Positions 63,721 to 64,000 of a stretch of DNA of 64,000 bases are shown here, piece after piece. The stretch spans positions 9,331,337 through 9,395,336 of the forward strand of contig CM082586.2 of NCBI GenBank assembly GCA_040954595.2. The letters run 5' to 3'. The stretch's first letter is position 1, and every line of letters begins with the position of its first letter. The position numbers were made by a program, and so were the translations under genes. Below the pieces are notes generated by a model. That model had not been told where the DNA came from and did not search any database. It saw only the letters and a list, made by a program, of their open reading frames with translations. The DNA comes from Balanoglossus misakiensis (lineage: Eukaryota > Animalia > Hemichordata).

Positions 63721-64000
63721 ATTAAAGCTGCGAGCAGCATTGTCGGGCCCAAGCGCTGATCTTGAATTATATATGCACAGTATGAATGAGGAGAAACAGA
63801 ATTTTCTATCGGGTGTATTATCTCATGACATAACAAGGACATATGTATTTTTGCTGCTGAAATTGGGTAAAGTAGGTCAAAGGTCACCTGAGGTCACCCA
63901 ACATTTGGGCAAAAAATTTTGACCTATGCTGGGCCATGTCCAACAAAAACCAAAACTCTAGCTCTTTTGGTTCGGATGTAATTAGGTATGTGCATATTTA

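Larger units (their letters stand above)
15400..64000. mobile_element. Array of ~30 same-orientation non-autonomous Helentron elements (HINE/DINE-1-like), continuing past the window end
   Basis: Left termini ATTAAAGCTGC(A/G)AGCAGC at 17038, 18472, 19905, 21673, 23086, 24627, 26267, 27701, 29202, 30861, 32397, 33811, 37535, 39175, 40609, 42269, 44014, 45439, 47153, 48586, 49994, 51680, 53108, 54639, 56068, 57816, 59242, 60660, 62093 and 63721. Architecture on the minus strand matches HINE/DINE-1: terminal hairpin containing subTIR GGGCCCAAGC, (CTTT)n microsatellite, central subrepeats, subTIR GCTTGGGCCC, short stem-loop GCTGC-TT-GCAGC, T-run. Insertions are in T-rich sites without TSD. Confidence 0.9.

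Noticed and set aside
15858-63922. Many recurring 60-200 aa ORFs (e.g. MAFHYGPIPP..., MQISDLRNYK..., MLLAALIRAQ...)
   Set aside because: They recur only because the DNA is repeated. Many start at TTG/GTG, are frameshifted in sibling units and have no recognisable domains.
15400-64000. Simple satellite or pure rolling-circle concatemer explanation
   Set aside because: Neighbouring units belong to different subfamilies, 17 of 30 junctions have no cap and others have 2-5 caps. Concatemers would give one cap per junction between identical units.

Overview
AT-rich eukaryotic (animal, probably marine invertebrate) DNA made almost entirely of one Helentron/Helitron2 rolling-circle transposon system. 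The left part has an intact ~2430-aa ORF (OTU protease, Cys/His-rich region, HUH-Y2 Rep, PIF1-like SF1B helicase, APE endonuclease). It is preceded by a probable intron containing a 205-bp tandem repeat and followed by a ~5-kb non-coding tail. From ~15.4 kb to the window end lies an array of about 30 related non-autonomous elements (HINE/DINE-1-like, mostly 1.4-1.75 kb). The array is not a plain head-to-tail satellite. By manual count there are 30 left termini (ATTAAAGCTGCAAGCAGC) and 30 right-terminal hairpin caps, but caps are absent at 17 junctions and stacked up to 5 deep at others. The A-run or microsatellite bases missing at an uncapped junction reappear base-for-base in front of a later cap, in last-in-first-out order. 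This indicates elements repeatedly inserting, without target duplication, into the A/GAAA tract just inside the hairpin end of their own family: a self-targeting Russian-doll array that records its insertion order. The ORF-bearing element appears to be one of the nested members. All counts and alignments were done by eye and need computational confirmation.
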